From the IMG/VR virus record IMGVR_UViG_3300042557_000322, positions 1 through 27,676 of that record: a stretch of 27,676 nucleotides of DNA. One strand, 5' to 3'. How positions within the stretch are numbered: position 1 is the first letter of the stretch; every line of letters begins with the position of its first letter. A program made the position numbers and the translations under genes. Shown one piece after another: positions 9,684 through 18,163 of this stretch. The notes beneath the pieces were generated by a model. It had not been told where the DNA came from. It made no database searches and saw nothing but the letters and a program-made list of their open reading frames with translations. This DNA comes from a virus. Its lineage: Duplodnaviria; Caudoviricetes.

Positions 9684-9708
9684 CTTATATTTTTAATTAT
9701 AGTAATAT
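9680..9708 (+). promoter_or_regulatory. Sigma70-type promoter
   Basis: TTGACT(9680-9685)-17 bp-TAATAT(9703-9708); SD AGGAG before ATG 9746. Confidence 0.7.
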
Positions 9709-9745
9709 ATCAACTTGTGTTTAACAAATCTAGGAGTTAATAAAC

Positions 9746-9952
9746 ATGGCAAAGAATGAACATCGTTCAAACAATCGTATCAAGCAAATCTTTGATGATT
9801 TAGAGAAGTATCTTGATTTCTGTAAAAGTTTCGGGTACAAGTTTGACGAGGCAACTCTCTATGACAATAGGAGTTTCGCATTTCGCCAGTTCAGCAAATA
9901 CATGGCCGGCAAAGATGCCAAGGATATGTGGGCTGTAGATGGTGGTAGGTAA
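9746..9952 (+). CDS. Hypothetical phage protein
   Basis: 68 aa ORF with a strong SD downstream of a promoter. Confidence 0.75.
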   Translation: MAKNEHRSNNRIKQIFDDLEKYLDFCKSFGYKFDEATLYDNRSFAFRQFSKYMAGKDAKDMWAVDGGR

Positions 9953-10712
9953 TATCAAAATAGTCTTAGTGACAGGGGGTTTCGACCCCCTTCACTCTGG
10001 ACATATCGCATATTTCAAAGAAGCGCGTAACCTAGGGGACATGCTCATCGTTGGCATAAACAGCGATGAATGGCTTGCTAGAAAAAAAGGTAGAGCATTC
10101 ATGCCCTGGAATGAACGTCTCTGCATAATCAATAACTTGTCAATGGTAGATGAAGTTTATACCTTTGACGATGAAGATGGATCTGCCAAGCATTTTATTC
10201 AGCAGGTTCGTGCGCATTATCCAAATTCAAAACTGATCTTTGCTAACGGCGGAGATAGAACCAAAGACAATATTCCAGAAATGGATATCAACGATGATAA
10301 CGTTGAATTCGTGTTTGGTGTAGGCGGAGAAGACAAACGTAACAGTAGCAGTTGGATATTACAAGAATGGAAGAATCCAAAAGTTATTAGACCGTGGGGA
10401 TATTACCGTGTGTTAGATGAGAAGTCAGGTTACAAAGTAAAAGAGTTAGTTATCGAACCCGGCAAGAGCCTAAGTATGCAACGTCACTTTAATCGTAGTG
10501 AACATTGGTATGTGCTTAAGGGCAAATGCGATATTGTAACAGAATTCAGAGGTAGTATAATTAAAGTAATTAAGAATACTAACGAAGAATATATTATTGG
10601 ACAATCTGTATGGCATCAAGGGCAGAATAATTATACTGAACCTTGTCATATACTTGAAGTGCAATATGGTTCAGAATGTGTAGAATCAGATATTGAGAGG
10701 CGTGATGCGTAA
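9939..10712 (+). CDS. Cytidylyltransferase (HxGH) fused to a mannose-6-phosphate isomerase-like cupin
   Basis: TGGFDPLHSGH, ANGGDR and SSSWIL, followed by RPWGYY...LSMQRH..RSEHW...LEVQYG...ESDIER. Confidence 0.88.
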   Translation: MVVGNIKIVLVTGGFDPLHSGHIAYFKEARNLGDMLIVGINSDEWLARKKGRAFMPWNERLCIINNLSMVDEVYTFDDEDGSAKHFIQQVRAHYPNSKLIFANGGDRTKDNIPEMDINDDNVEFVFGVGGEDKRNSSSWILQEWKNPKVIRPWGYYRVLDEKSGYKVKELVIEPGKSLSMQRHFNRSEHWYVLKGKCDIVTEFRGSIIKVIKNTNEEYIIGQSVWHQGQNNYTEPCHILEVQYGSECVESDIERRDA

Positions 10713-11889
10713 ATTATATTACATGGGTCTAGAACCCTACAAGGCAAGATATACATTACAGTTGCAAGACTGGAATGAAACAGTATTTAAACAACGTAGC
10801 ATTGATTATGAATTGGTGCACGGCGACACATTGACTAGTGATCAAAGTATCGTGACAGGTCAAGTGCTAGATGCACATGGTCGTAGTTACTTTGGCATGA
10901 GTCAGTTGATGACTTTAGTTAAATTAATGAAAGAAGGCAAAGTAACAAATGAAGATGTTATCTACTTTGAAGACATGTTTCAGCCGGGCATTGAGTCGCT
11001 TCCCTATATTCTTAATCAAGTTTCTAGCGATATGCGTCCTCGTATATTTGTCCGTTGTCTTGCTCAGTCAATCGATCCGGATGATTTCGTACATGTATGG
11101 GGGATGAGCAAGTGGATGGGACTGTATGAGAAGATGGTCTGTGAACTAGTACGTGATTCAGGTGGTGCTATCCTCGCAAGTAACGAAGAGATGGTCATGC
11201 ATATGAAGATCGCAGGCTGGGAATGTCCTATCTATAATATCAGTGGTCTTGCATTCGGTAAAGAAGAAGTTCGTAGCCGTGTGAAGAATATCAAGCCTTT
11301 CGATAATCGCAAGCGTAGAGTTGTTTTTGCCGCACGTTGGGATCAAGAAAAACAGCCCGACTTCTTCATGGATATTATCGAAGAATATACAAGTGTCTAT
11401 AATGGCGATGTAGAGTTTGCATTATTAAGCGGTGCTAAATTGCGTAGCAACAATAACTCATATATGGAACGCACATTAGACCTAGAACGTCAAGGCAAAC
11501 TAAAAATCTATAGCGACCTCGACAAGAACGAATACTATGAATTATTGAACGACAGCCGTGTATTGTTCAATTGTGCATTACAAGACTGGGTGAGCAATAC
11601 AGTCAGCGAGGCAGATGCACTGGGCTGTAATGTGATTTATCCTGCTTATCGCAGTTTCCCAGAAACATTTTCCAATGATCATAGTCGCATGTATGTGCCT
11701 TGGTCTAAGGTAGACGCATTGAATAAGATGAATCATGCAATCTATAATCCAAGTCCATATATGGGTAAAATTAGTGACTGGACTGATAAAACGATAGATA
11801 GAATTTGTGACATCCTTGAAGGCAAGGGTGAGCAATGGTTGCGTATGACTACGGATTATCGTAATCATACGAGAGAAAGCAAATATTAA
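10705..11889 (+). CDS. GT-B fold glycosyltransferase (GT4-like)
   Basis: FAARWDQEKQP and QDWVSNTVSEADALGC...FPE motifs of the nucleotide-sugar binding domain. Confidence 0.8.
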   Translation: MRKLYYMGLEPYKARYTLQLQDWNETVFKQRSIDYELVHGDTLTSDQSIVTGQVLDAHGRSYFGMSQLMTLVKLMKEGKVTNEDVIYFEDMFQPGIESLPYILNQVSSDMRPRIFVRCLAQSIDPDDFVHVWGMSKWMGLYEKMVCELVRDSGGAILASNEEMVMHMKIAGWECPIYNISGLAFGKEEVRSRVKNIKPFDNRKRRVVFAARWDQEKQPDFFMDIIEEYTSVYNGDVEFALLSGAKLRSNNNSYMERTLDLERQGKLKIYSDLDKNEYYELLNDSRVLFNCALQDWVSNTVSEADALGCNVIYPAYRSFPETFSNDHSRMYVPWSKVDALNKMNHAIYNPSPYMGKISDWTDKTIDRICDILEGKGEQWLRMTTDYRNHTRESKY

Positions 11890-11903
11890 TAGGAGAAAAA
11901 AAT

Positions 11904-12092
11904 ATGAGCGCACATAATGATATTAACACACATCTGGAAGCATACTTAGCAGAGCATGAGAAGTTTGAGAAGGGTAACAATGCTGCCGGTACTCGCGCAC
12001 GTAAGGCTCTTGGTGAACTCGCTAAGGCTGTAAAGGCACGCCGTAACGAAATCACTGCCACTAAGAACGCACGTAAGGAAGCAAAGGCTTAA
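11904..12092 (+). CDS. Histone H1-like (Hc1-type) small basic protein
   Basis: EKGNNAAGTRARKAL motif, basic and Ala-rich, strong SD AGGAG. Confidence 0.75.
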   Translation: MSAHNDINTHLEAYLAEHEKFEKGNNAAGTRARKALGELAKAVKARRNEITATKNARKEAKA

Positions 12093-12095
12093 TAG

Positions 12096-13217
12096 ATGCG
12101 TATCGAAGAGGACATCAAGTTAGACTTCAAGGATGTATTGATACGCCCCAAGCGTAGCACACTATCCAGTCGCAAGGAAGTCGATTTGAATCGTACTTAT
12201 AAGTTCAAGCATTCAGGATGGGAATGGACAGGCGTTCCCATCATGGCTGCTAACATGGATGGTGTAGGTACTATTGATATGGCTAAGGCATTATATGAAC
12301 ATAAGATGTTTACATGCCTTGTGAAGACATATGACGAGTCTGACCTATTTGACTTAACAGAACATCTAGGAAATTATTTTGCTGTCAGTACAGGAACTAA
12401 CGAAAAAGATTTCTTGAGATTAAGTCGAATCATCAACAGTTATCCAGAGATTAAGTTTATCTGCATGGATGTGGCTAATGGTTACAGCGATCACTTTGGT
12501 GACTATGTTGAAGAAGTGCGTGAAGCATTTCCCGACAAAACTATTATCGCAGGTAACGTTGTTACCGCAGACATGACACAGGAACTTATTTTACGAGGAG
12601 CAGATATTGTCAAAGTCGGAATCGGGCCAGGATCGGTATGTACAACTAGGATACAGACTGGGGTTGGCTACCCGCAACTTTCTGCGATCATTGAGTGTGC
12701 TGATGCGGCGCATGGGCTTGGTGGACATATTATTGCTGACGGCGGGTGTACTTGCCCAGGCGATGTGGCTAAAGCATTTGGCGCAGGCGCAGATTTCGTT
12801 ATGCTTGGTGGTATGTTAGCCGGACATGATGAAGGCGGTGGTGAAATCATCAGTAAGTTGATTGAGACTGACGAACTTCAGGCTAGAAAAAGAGAACTAC
12901 CGGACGGTCAGATAGAATGGACATGGACTGGTAACAAGACTGAAGAAAAGAAATATATGCAATTTTATGGCATGAGTAGCGATACTGCTATGAATAAACA
13001 TAATGGTGGCATAGCGAATTACCGTTCAAGTGAAGGACGCACGGTCACAGTTCCTTATCGAGGATCTGTGAACAATACGGTTCTTGACTTATTGGGCGGA
13101 CTGCGTAGCACTTGCACATATGTCGGTGCAAATACATTGAAGAACCTAAGCAAGTGCACCACATTTGTACGGGTGACACAACAATTTAACGGAGTTTTCG
13201 CAGGTGGCAAATCCTAA
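12096..13217 (+). CDS. guaC: GMP reductase
   Basis: [52 protein letters not shown] and [12 protein letters not shown]. Confidence 0.96.
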   Translation: MRIEEDIKLDFKDVLIRPKRSTLSSRKEVDLNRTYKFKHSGWEWTGVPIMAANMDGVGTIDMAKALYEHKMFTCLVKTYDESDLFDLTEHLGNYFAVSTGTNEKDFLRLSRIINSYPEIKFICMDVANGYSDHFGDYVEEVREAFPDKTIIAGNVVTADMTQELILRGADIVKVGIGPGSVCTTRIQTGVGYPQLSAIIECADAAHGLGGHIIADGGCTCPGDVAKAFGAGADFVMLGGMLAGHDEGGGEIISKLIETDELQARKRELPDGQIEWTWTGNKTEEKKYMQFYGMSSDTAMNKHNGGIANYRSSEGRTVTVPYRGSVNNTVLDLLGGLRSTCTYVGANTLKNLSKCTTFVRVTQQFNGVFAGGKS

Positions 13218-13968
13218 CGTTTTAATCGCCGGTGGCTGTAGTTTTACTCAAGTCCCGGGTACATATAAAAATTGGCCTATCTTTTTGAGAGATAAGTTAA
13301 ATATTCCTGCATTTTTCGTAGGAGCAGGAAGTTCCGGTAATGACTTTATTTCTAGAAGAGTTATAAGTCAAACATCACAGGCTCTTTTAAAATATAAGCC
13401 AGAAAAAATACTCGTAGGTGTAATGTGGTCAGGAGTGAGTAGGAAGAGTTTTTACTTTAGTGATGATCCAATAGATCATTTTAAATTCATGCCGTATATA
13501 AGTAAAGAAAGCATGGAGGATGCATACGCTAACCCAAATACAGTAGTAATGGGTGGTGTAAAGAATACCTACTTTGTACACCCGCACTACAATGACGAAC
13601 TATCTAAAACATACTATAAGACATATCATGATACTGTAGGTGCTTTGATAGAAACCATAGAGCATATTTTGAGATTGCAATGGTTTTTGAAATTAAACAA
13701 TATCAAATATTTTTTCACTGAATATTCCAATGATTCATTGACTACTAATCACAGAGATTTACACAGTCACCCGGACGTAAAATACTTGTATGATCAGATC
13801 GACTTCAACAACTTTTTACCTGTAGAAAATATGGAATGGTGGATAAGAAATGAGTCTGGTATACCATATATAGATATTAGAGATCATCACCCAATTGACG
13901 AGATGAGCAGTGATTTTTGTGATAAAATAATCATACCCCATATAAAAAGTAGGGGATATGTTAGTTAG
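13204..13968 (+). CDS. SGNH/GDSL-like protein
   Basis: AGGCSFT (block I variant), GSSGN, VMWSG..R and DHHP near the C-terminus. Confidence 0.6.
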   Translation: MANPNVLIAGGCSFTQVPGTYKNWPIFLRDKLNIPAFFVGAGSSGNDFISRRVISQTSQALLKYKPEKILVGVMWSGVSRKSFYFSDDPIDHFKFMPYISKESMEDAYANPNTVVMGGVKNTYFVHPHYNDELSKTYYKTYHDTVGALIETIEHILRLQWFLKLNNIKYFFTEYSNDSLTTNHRDLHSHPDVKYLYDQIDFNNFLPVENMEWWIRNESGIPYIDIRDHHPIDEMSSDFCDKIIIPHIKSRGYVS

Positions 13969-13970
13969 TA

Positions 13971-14041
13971 ATAAATACATATGCTACACAACGGTAGCGA
14001 ACAATTTAAAATTTTTATCCGTGTAAGGAAGGAGAAACTAA
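13971..14041 (+). promoter_or_regulatory. folE leader: late-like ATAAATA, a hairpin or possible pseudoknot, and a strong SD
   Basis: GCTAC(13983-87)/GTAGC(13994-98) stem; loop ACAACG partly complementary to CGTGT(14020-24) next to AAGGAAGGAG. Confidence 0.4.
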
Positions 14042-14722
14042 ATGTCATATAACAAGACAAAAACAGACCCAGAACTTGGTCAACAAGTTCACGAACACCT
14101 AGTCAAAATGGGTGTCGAAACCCCAATCAAAAAGCGCAATCTAGATCGTAAAGATCAAATCGCTATCATTGAAGGTAACTTTGCTGAAATCATGCGAGCC
14201 TTAGGATTAGACTTAACTGATGACAGTTTAATAGATACGCCAAAGCGTGTCGCTAAGATGTATGTCAATGAAATCTTTTGGGGTTTAGACTACGATTCAT
14301 TTCCCAAGTGTACTACAGTCGATAACAAGATGAAGTACAATGAGATGGTTGTTGAACGAAATGTCAATGTACAAAGCAATTGTGAACATCACTTTGTGAT
14401 CATCGATGGTTTAGCAACTGTTGCATATGTACCTAAAGATAAGGTACTAGGTCTTAGTAAGATCAATCGCATCGTAGAATATTTCAGCAAGCGTCCACAG
14501 ATCCAAGAACGGTTGACTGAGCAGATTTTCCACACACTACAATTCATCTTAGACACAGAAGATGTTGCGGTCATGATTGACGCACAGCATTATTGCGTCA
14601 AGAGTCGTGGTGTCGAAGATACAGGTAGTTCAACTGTTACTAGCCGATTAGGTGGTGGATTTAAAACTGATCCTGCCGCAAGACAAGAGTTCTTGCAGAT
14701 CGCTAATAAGGGTTGCAAATAA
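14042..14722 (+). CDS. folE: GTP cyclohydrolase I
   Basis: TPKRVAKMY, SNCEHHF, GLSKINRIV, RPQIQERLT and HYCVKSRGV. Confidence 0.97.
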   Translation: MSYNKTKTDPELGQQVHEHLVKMGVETPIKKRNLDRKDQIAIIEGNFAEIMRALGLDLTDDSLIDTPKRVAKMYVNEIFWGLDYDSFPKCTTVDNKMKYNEMVVERNVNVQSNCEHHFVIIDGLATVAYVPKDKVLGLSKINRIVEYFSKRPQIQERLTEQIFHTLQFILDTEDVAVMIDAQHYCVKSRGVEDTGSSTVTSRLGGGFKTDPAARQEFLQIANKGCK

Positions 14723-14919
14723 TGTTAAAAGATAGACGATTGTTACTAGAGCAGGAAATTAAAAAAGCCCATAAAGAGGCTGCGGCAATATATCTAGATA
14801 TCGTTACACATGACCTAGATGCTCATAACGATGAGTATGAATCTATTAGAGATAAAATTGTAAGACTAGAATTTGATTTAAATATGGTAAATCAATTAAT
14901 TGCTAAAGGGCATCAATGA
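14722..14919 (+). CDS. Hypothetical coiled-coil protein
   Basis: TAATG coupling with the folE stop; 65 aa. Confidence 0.65.
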   Translation: MLKDRRLLLEQEIKKAHKEAAAIYLDIVTHDLDAHNDEYESIRDKIVRLEFDLNMVNQLIAKGHQ

Positions 14920-15050
14920 TGATTGTCACAATCTTAATTTCAATCGCAGTAATTATTGCTATCGTAGTGTTAATAGCATCAATGCCTAATACTAGCGCCT
15001 GTACAGGTGACTGTAATCAAGGTCGTAACTGCACTTGCGGGGACAAATAA
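14916..15050 (+). CDS. 44-aa membrane-anchored Cys-rich peptide (not in ORF track)
   Basis: MMIVTILISIAVIIAIVVLIASMPNTSACTGDCNQGRNCTCGDK*; ATGA overlap upstream and abuts the next ATG at 15051. Confidence 0.7.
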   Translation: MMIVTILISIAVIIAIVVLIASMPNTSACTGDCNQGRNCTCGDK

Positions 15051-15254
15051 ATGAGCGATTTTGATAATCAATTATTTACTAAGGTCTGCGAACTAGAGGG
15101 ACGTTTAGAACTACTTCACAAGAAAAATTATGAGTGCGAAAAAATGCTGGCTGAGGCAGTAACAATTGTGTTCAAATCAGGATTGACTGCTGATAATTCA
15201 GATTGGTATCTAAACGCAACACGTTTATTAGAAGGTAGACAAAATGGGTTTTAA
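15051..15254 (+). CDS. Hypothetical protein
   Basis: 67 aa ORF in tight operon packing. Confidence 0.65.
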   Translation: MSDFDNQLFTKVCELEGRLELLHKKNYECEKMLAEAVTIVFKSGLTADNSDWYLNATRLLEGRQNGF

Positions 15255-15480
15255 GAAACCTCTAGATGTCAATGATGTAAAACTCCAATTGCTACGAGCG
15301 CATGGTGAGATATGCAGTCCATACAATGATGGTTTTGTTCAATGGGAAATCAAAAAAGAATTATATGAAATCAAATTTTTATTAGCAGAAATGCTAAAAC
15401 AACAACCTACCTTTAGTGGTGAGGATGATTGGTTACAAGAACAAGATAAAAAACAAGTTTGGAGTGAATTAAAAAGATGA
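15244..15480 (+). CDS. Hypothetical protein
   Basis: 78 aa ORF overlapping both neighbours. Confidence 0.7.
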   Translation: MGFKKPLDVNDVKLQLLRAHGEICSPYNDGFVQWEIKKELYEIKFLLAEMLKQQPTFSGEDDWLQEQDKKQVWSELKR

Positions 15481-15956
15481 TATTCAATAAAATTAAAGAA
15501 TTAAAAGCACAAGGTAAAAAGATAGGAATTACCTTCAGCACATTTGATATGCTACATGCAGGCCATGTCGCTATGTTAAGTGAAGCAAAGAATCATTGTG
15601 ATTACTTGATTTGCGGATTACAAACTGACCCGACTATTGATAGACCTGATACTAAGAATAAACCTATTCAAAGTATTGTAGAACGACAGATTCAACTTGC
15701 GGCTTGCCGTTATGTAGATGAAGTTGTAGTTTATCAAACTGAACAAGACTTGATTGACTTGTTATTGATACTACCATTAGATGTTCGTATTTTGGGTACA
15801 GAGTATGAGGATAAAAACTTTACCGGACGTAATGAGGGTGCAGGTCGTGGTGTCCAAGTTATATTTAATAAGCGTGACCACAGTTTTAGCAGTTCAAGTC
15901 TACGCAAACGTGTAGCAGAAGCAGAAAGAAACAAAGACGAAACCTTTGGCAAATAG
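15477..15956 (+). CDS. tagD: Glycerol-3-phosphate cytidylyltransferase-like (TagD family)
   Basis: STFDMLHAGH, ER...L.ACRYVDEV and R.H.FSSSSLR. Confidence 0.85.
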   Translation: MIFNKIKELKAQGKKIGITFSTFDMLHAGHVAMLSEAKNHCDYLICGLQTDPTIDRPDTKNKPIQSIVERQIQLAACRYVDEVVVYQTEQDLIDLLLILPLDVRILGTEYEDKNFTGRNEGAGRGVQVIFNKRDHSFSSSSLRKRVAEAERNKDETFGK

Positions 15957-15985
15957 ATGAACAAGAAAAGATACAGCGATAAGAC

Positions 15986-16198
15986 ATGAATCAGTTAGAC
16001 TTACATGGTGTTAGACATATCGAAGTCGAACCCATTGTAGAGAACTTTATATTGATGAATCAGGGCGAATTCCCTTTAGAAATCATTTGCGGAAATAGCG
16101 CAAAGATGATACAATTAGTGCATAATGTAACTGACAGATTAGAGTTAGAAACGCACATGTACAGATATGGAACAGTGATAGTGAGAAGATGGCTATGA
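15986..16198 (+). CDS. Minimal Smr-domain-like protein
   Basis: LDLHG at the N-terminus, IICG and G.VIV at the C-terminus. Confidence 0.65.
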   Translation: MNQLDLHGVRHIEVEPIVENFILMNQGEFPLEIICGNSAKMIQLVHNVTDRLELETHMYRYGTVIVRRWL

Positions 16199-16602
16199 TT
16201 GATGAAAAGATAGATAATTATCGTAATATCCTAAATATGTTCATGGATAACACGGAACGATACAAGTTTCTCATCGACATGGCTAGAAAGGCAGAATATT
16301 TTCCTGAAGAGTTCAGACTAGAAAACTTCAAGGTACAGGGATGTTTAAGTCAAGTGTGGTTGGTGCCTAAATACGAGAACGGCAAGATCAACTATCTATG
16401 TGATAGTGATGCGCAAATAGTAAAGGGTACAGTCACACTTATCAGCGATATCTATTCAAATAGCACTCCGGAGGAGATAGTCAAAAATGACCGTAATCTT
16501 ATGGAAGAACTTGATCTAGGTAATATACTAAGCATGAATCGTAGAAACGGCGCCTACAACATGTTATCAATGGTAAAACAACAAGCCGCAATTTTTGTAT
16601 GA
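16189..16602 (+). CDS. sufE: SufE-family sulfur acceptor
   Basis: ERYKFLID, VQGCLSQVW, DSDAQIVKG and LSMNRRNG. Confidence 0.92.
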   Translation: MAMIDEKIDNYRNILNMFMDNTERYKFLIDMARKAEYFPEEFRLENFKVQGCLSQVWLVPKYENGKINYLCDSDAQIVKGTVTLISDIYSNSTPEEIVKNDRNLMEELDLGNILSMNRRNGAYNMLSMVKQQAAIFV

Positions 16603-16610
16603 GGTGAGTT

Positions 16611-16778
16611 ATGAAACTAACATTTGAGAATAATAAAGGTGATAAGGTTATCGTCAAGTATGATGCATCCTGTATCACTGATAAAGAAGTAGAGTTAGAT
16701 CCACGCAAGGCTCTTGAGCCATTATGGGAAACATTGACTACTAAAATTAGCGAAGAATACGAAGTAGAAAGCGTATAA
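16611..16778 (+). CDS. Small hypothetical protein (55 aa, not in ORF track)
   Basis: SD GAGGTG; manual translation MKLTFENNKGDKVIVKYD...EEYEVESV*. Confidence 0.65.
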   Translation: MKLTFENNKGDKVIVKYDASCITDKEVELDPRKALEPLWETLTTKISEEYEVESV

Positions 16779-16782
16779 TGAT

Positions 16783-16823
16783 ATCGGTCTTGGCGTCATC
16801 CCGATCAATAAATTCTGCCGCCA
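16783..16823 (+). ncRNA. Candidate preQ1-I-like riboswitch aptamer (H-type pseudoknot) upstream of queD
   Basis: P1 AUCGG(16783-87)/CCGAU(16801-05); loop UCUUGGCGUCAUC; A-rich L3 CAAUAAA; P2 UGGCG(16791-95)/CGCCA(16819-23). GGU...CAUCCC resembles preQ1-I type I. Confidence 0.6.
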
Positions 16824-16856
16824 TCAAACTTGCTCAATTAGTAAAGGAGACTAGAG

Positions 16857-17360
16857 ATGGCAAATATAACGAGACAATACAAGTACACAAGTACAAAAGA
16901 GTGGGTAGATAACTTCCCATGCGCATATAGACAATGGCGTGCCGATAGCCACTGTAATCTGATTCATGGTTATAGTTTCAGCATTAAAGTTTACTTCGGG
17001 ACTGATGATCTTGATGTTCGTAACTGGGCCGCTGATTATGGTGGTCTAAAAGAACTCAAAAGTCTATTAGAAGATCAATTTGATCATACATTGTTGGTCG
17101 CAGAAGATGATCCTGAACTAGAAATGTTCAAGTTACTAGAACAGAAAAACATGGCTAAACTAACTATTCTTCCACGATTGGGATGTGAAGCACTAGCAGA
17201 TCAGATTTACAAGTATATCAATGGTGTTTACATTCCAGACTTCTGGGGTCCAGGTGAAGCAAAACGTCTATGGTGCTATCGTGTTGAAGTACGTGAAACA
17301 CAAAGCAACATGGCCTATCGTGAAGGTCATCGTGAATGGAATGAGGACTTGTTTGCATAA
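16857..17360 (+). CDS. queD: 6-carboxy-5,6,7,8-tetrahydropterin synthase
   Basis: HCNLIHGYS, DYGGLK, FDHTLL, GCEALA and VEVRET; SD AAGGAG. Confidence 0.9.
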   Translation: MANITRQYKYTSTKEWVDNFPCAYRQWRADSHCNLIHGYSFSIKVYFGTDDLDVRNWAADYGGLKELKSLLEDQFDHTLLVAEDDPELEMFKLLEQKNMAKLTILPRLGCEALADQIYKYINGVYIPDFWGPGEAKRLWCYRVEVRETQSNMAYREGHREWNEDLFA

Positions 17361-17974
17361 TGTTAGAAACAATCTGTGAAACATTGATAGAAGCATATCG
17401 TAGAAATTGGATCACAAGTCGTGATGGCAATGTAAGTATTCGTCATCACGACCGAGATCACTTTTATATCACACCTAGTGGCGTGCGTAAGCAGACACTG
17501 CAACCTGACCAGTTTAAGAAAATAGGGATTAATAACGGTCCCTATGAAATACCATTTACTAAAATTAGTGCAAGTCTTGAGCCTAGTGGAGAACTTCCAT
17601 TGCACTTTGGTCTACAAAAGATGATGGGTCAACACAGTGATGATGTAAGAGTTGTAGTTCATTTTCATCCTACATACTGTGTTGCCGCTATGCATGCCGG
17701 TATTGATCTAAGTACTATTGTAAACGACTTTCCTGAACTTAGTCGCTATACCAAGGTGGCACCTAACGTAGGAGATGTACCACCTATCAGTCAAGAGTTG
17801 GCTGATCGTTGTCATGAAAATCTCAAGTTAGATAAAGATGGTAATATTGCTTATGACATAGTTGGTATCAAAGGTCACGGAGTAGTTGCTATTGACACAA
17901 GTCCATGGCGAGCATTTGAACACATTGAAAGACTAGAACACATCTGTAAGATTGTTCTGGTATCAAGAAAATGA
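17360..17974 (+). CDS. Class II aldolase/adducin family metalloenzyme
   Basis: DGNVS, ITPSG, PSGELPLH, VHFHP and GHGVVA; TAATG-coupled to queD. Confidence 0.88.
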   Translation: MLETICETLIEAYRRNWITSRDGNVSIRHHDRDHFYITPSGVRKQTLQPDQFKKIGINNGPYEIPFTKISASLEPSGELPLHFGLQKMMGQHSDDVRVVVHFHPTYCVAAMHAGIDLSTIVNDFPELSRYTKVAPNVGDVPPISQELADRCHENLKLDKDGNIAYDIVGIKGHGVVAIDTSPWRAFEHIERLEHICKIVLVSRK

Positions 17975-18162
17975 ATAGTTTAGAAAGAATATGGGCTAGA
18001 GCAACTGGGCATCTAATGGGCGATACTGATGAAGATCGCCCTAGAGTTCCGGTACTTACACTACGTGAAGCACGTATCGCATTGTTCCTAAAAACTTTCT
18101 GGATCTTCTTACATGTGATAACATGTCTATTCATCATAGCAAATGTTATAAGGCACTGGTAA
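17971..18162 (+). CDS. Small membrane protein
   Basis: C-terminal hydrophobic helix; ATGA overlap with the aldolase gene. Confidence 0.7.
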   Translation: MNSLERIWARATGHLMGDTDEDRPRVPVLTLREARIALFLKTFWIFLHVITCLFIIANVIRHW

Positions 18163-18163
18163 T

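Noticed and set aside
13981-14041. THF-II (folE motif) riboswitch
   Set aside because: The leader is AT-rich and I cannot match it to the THF-II hairpin consensus; it is kept only as an unassigned structured leader.
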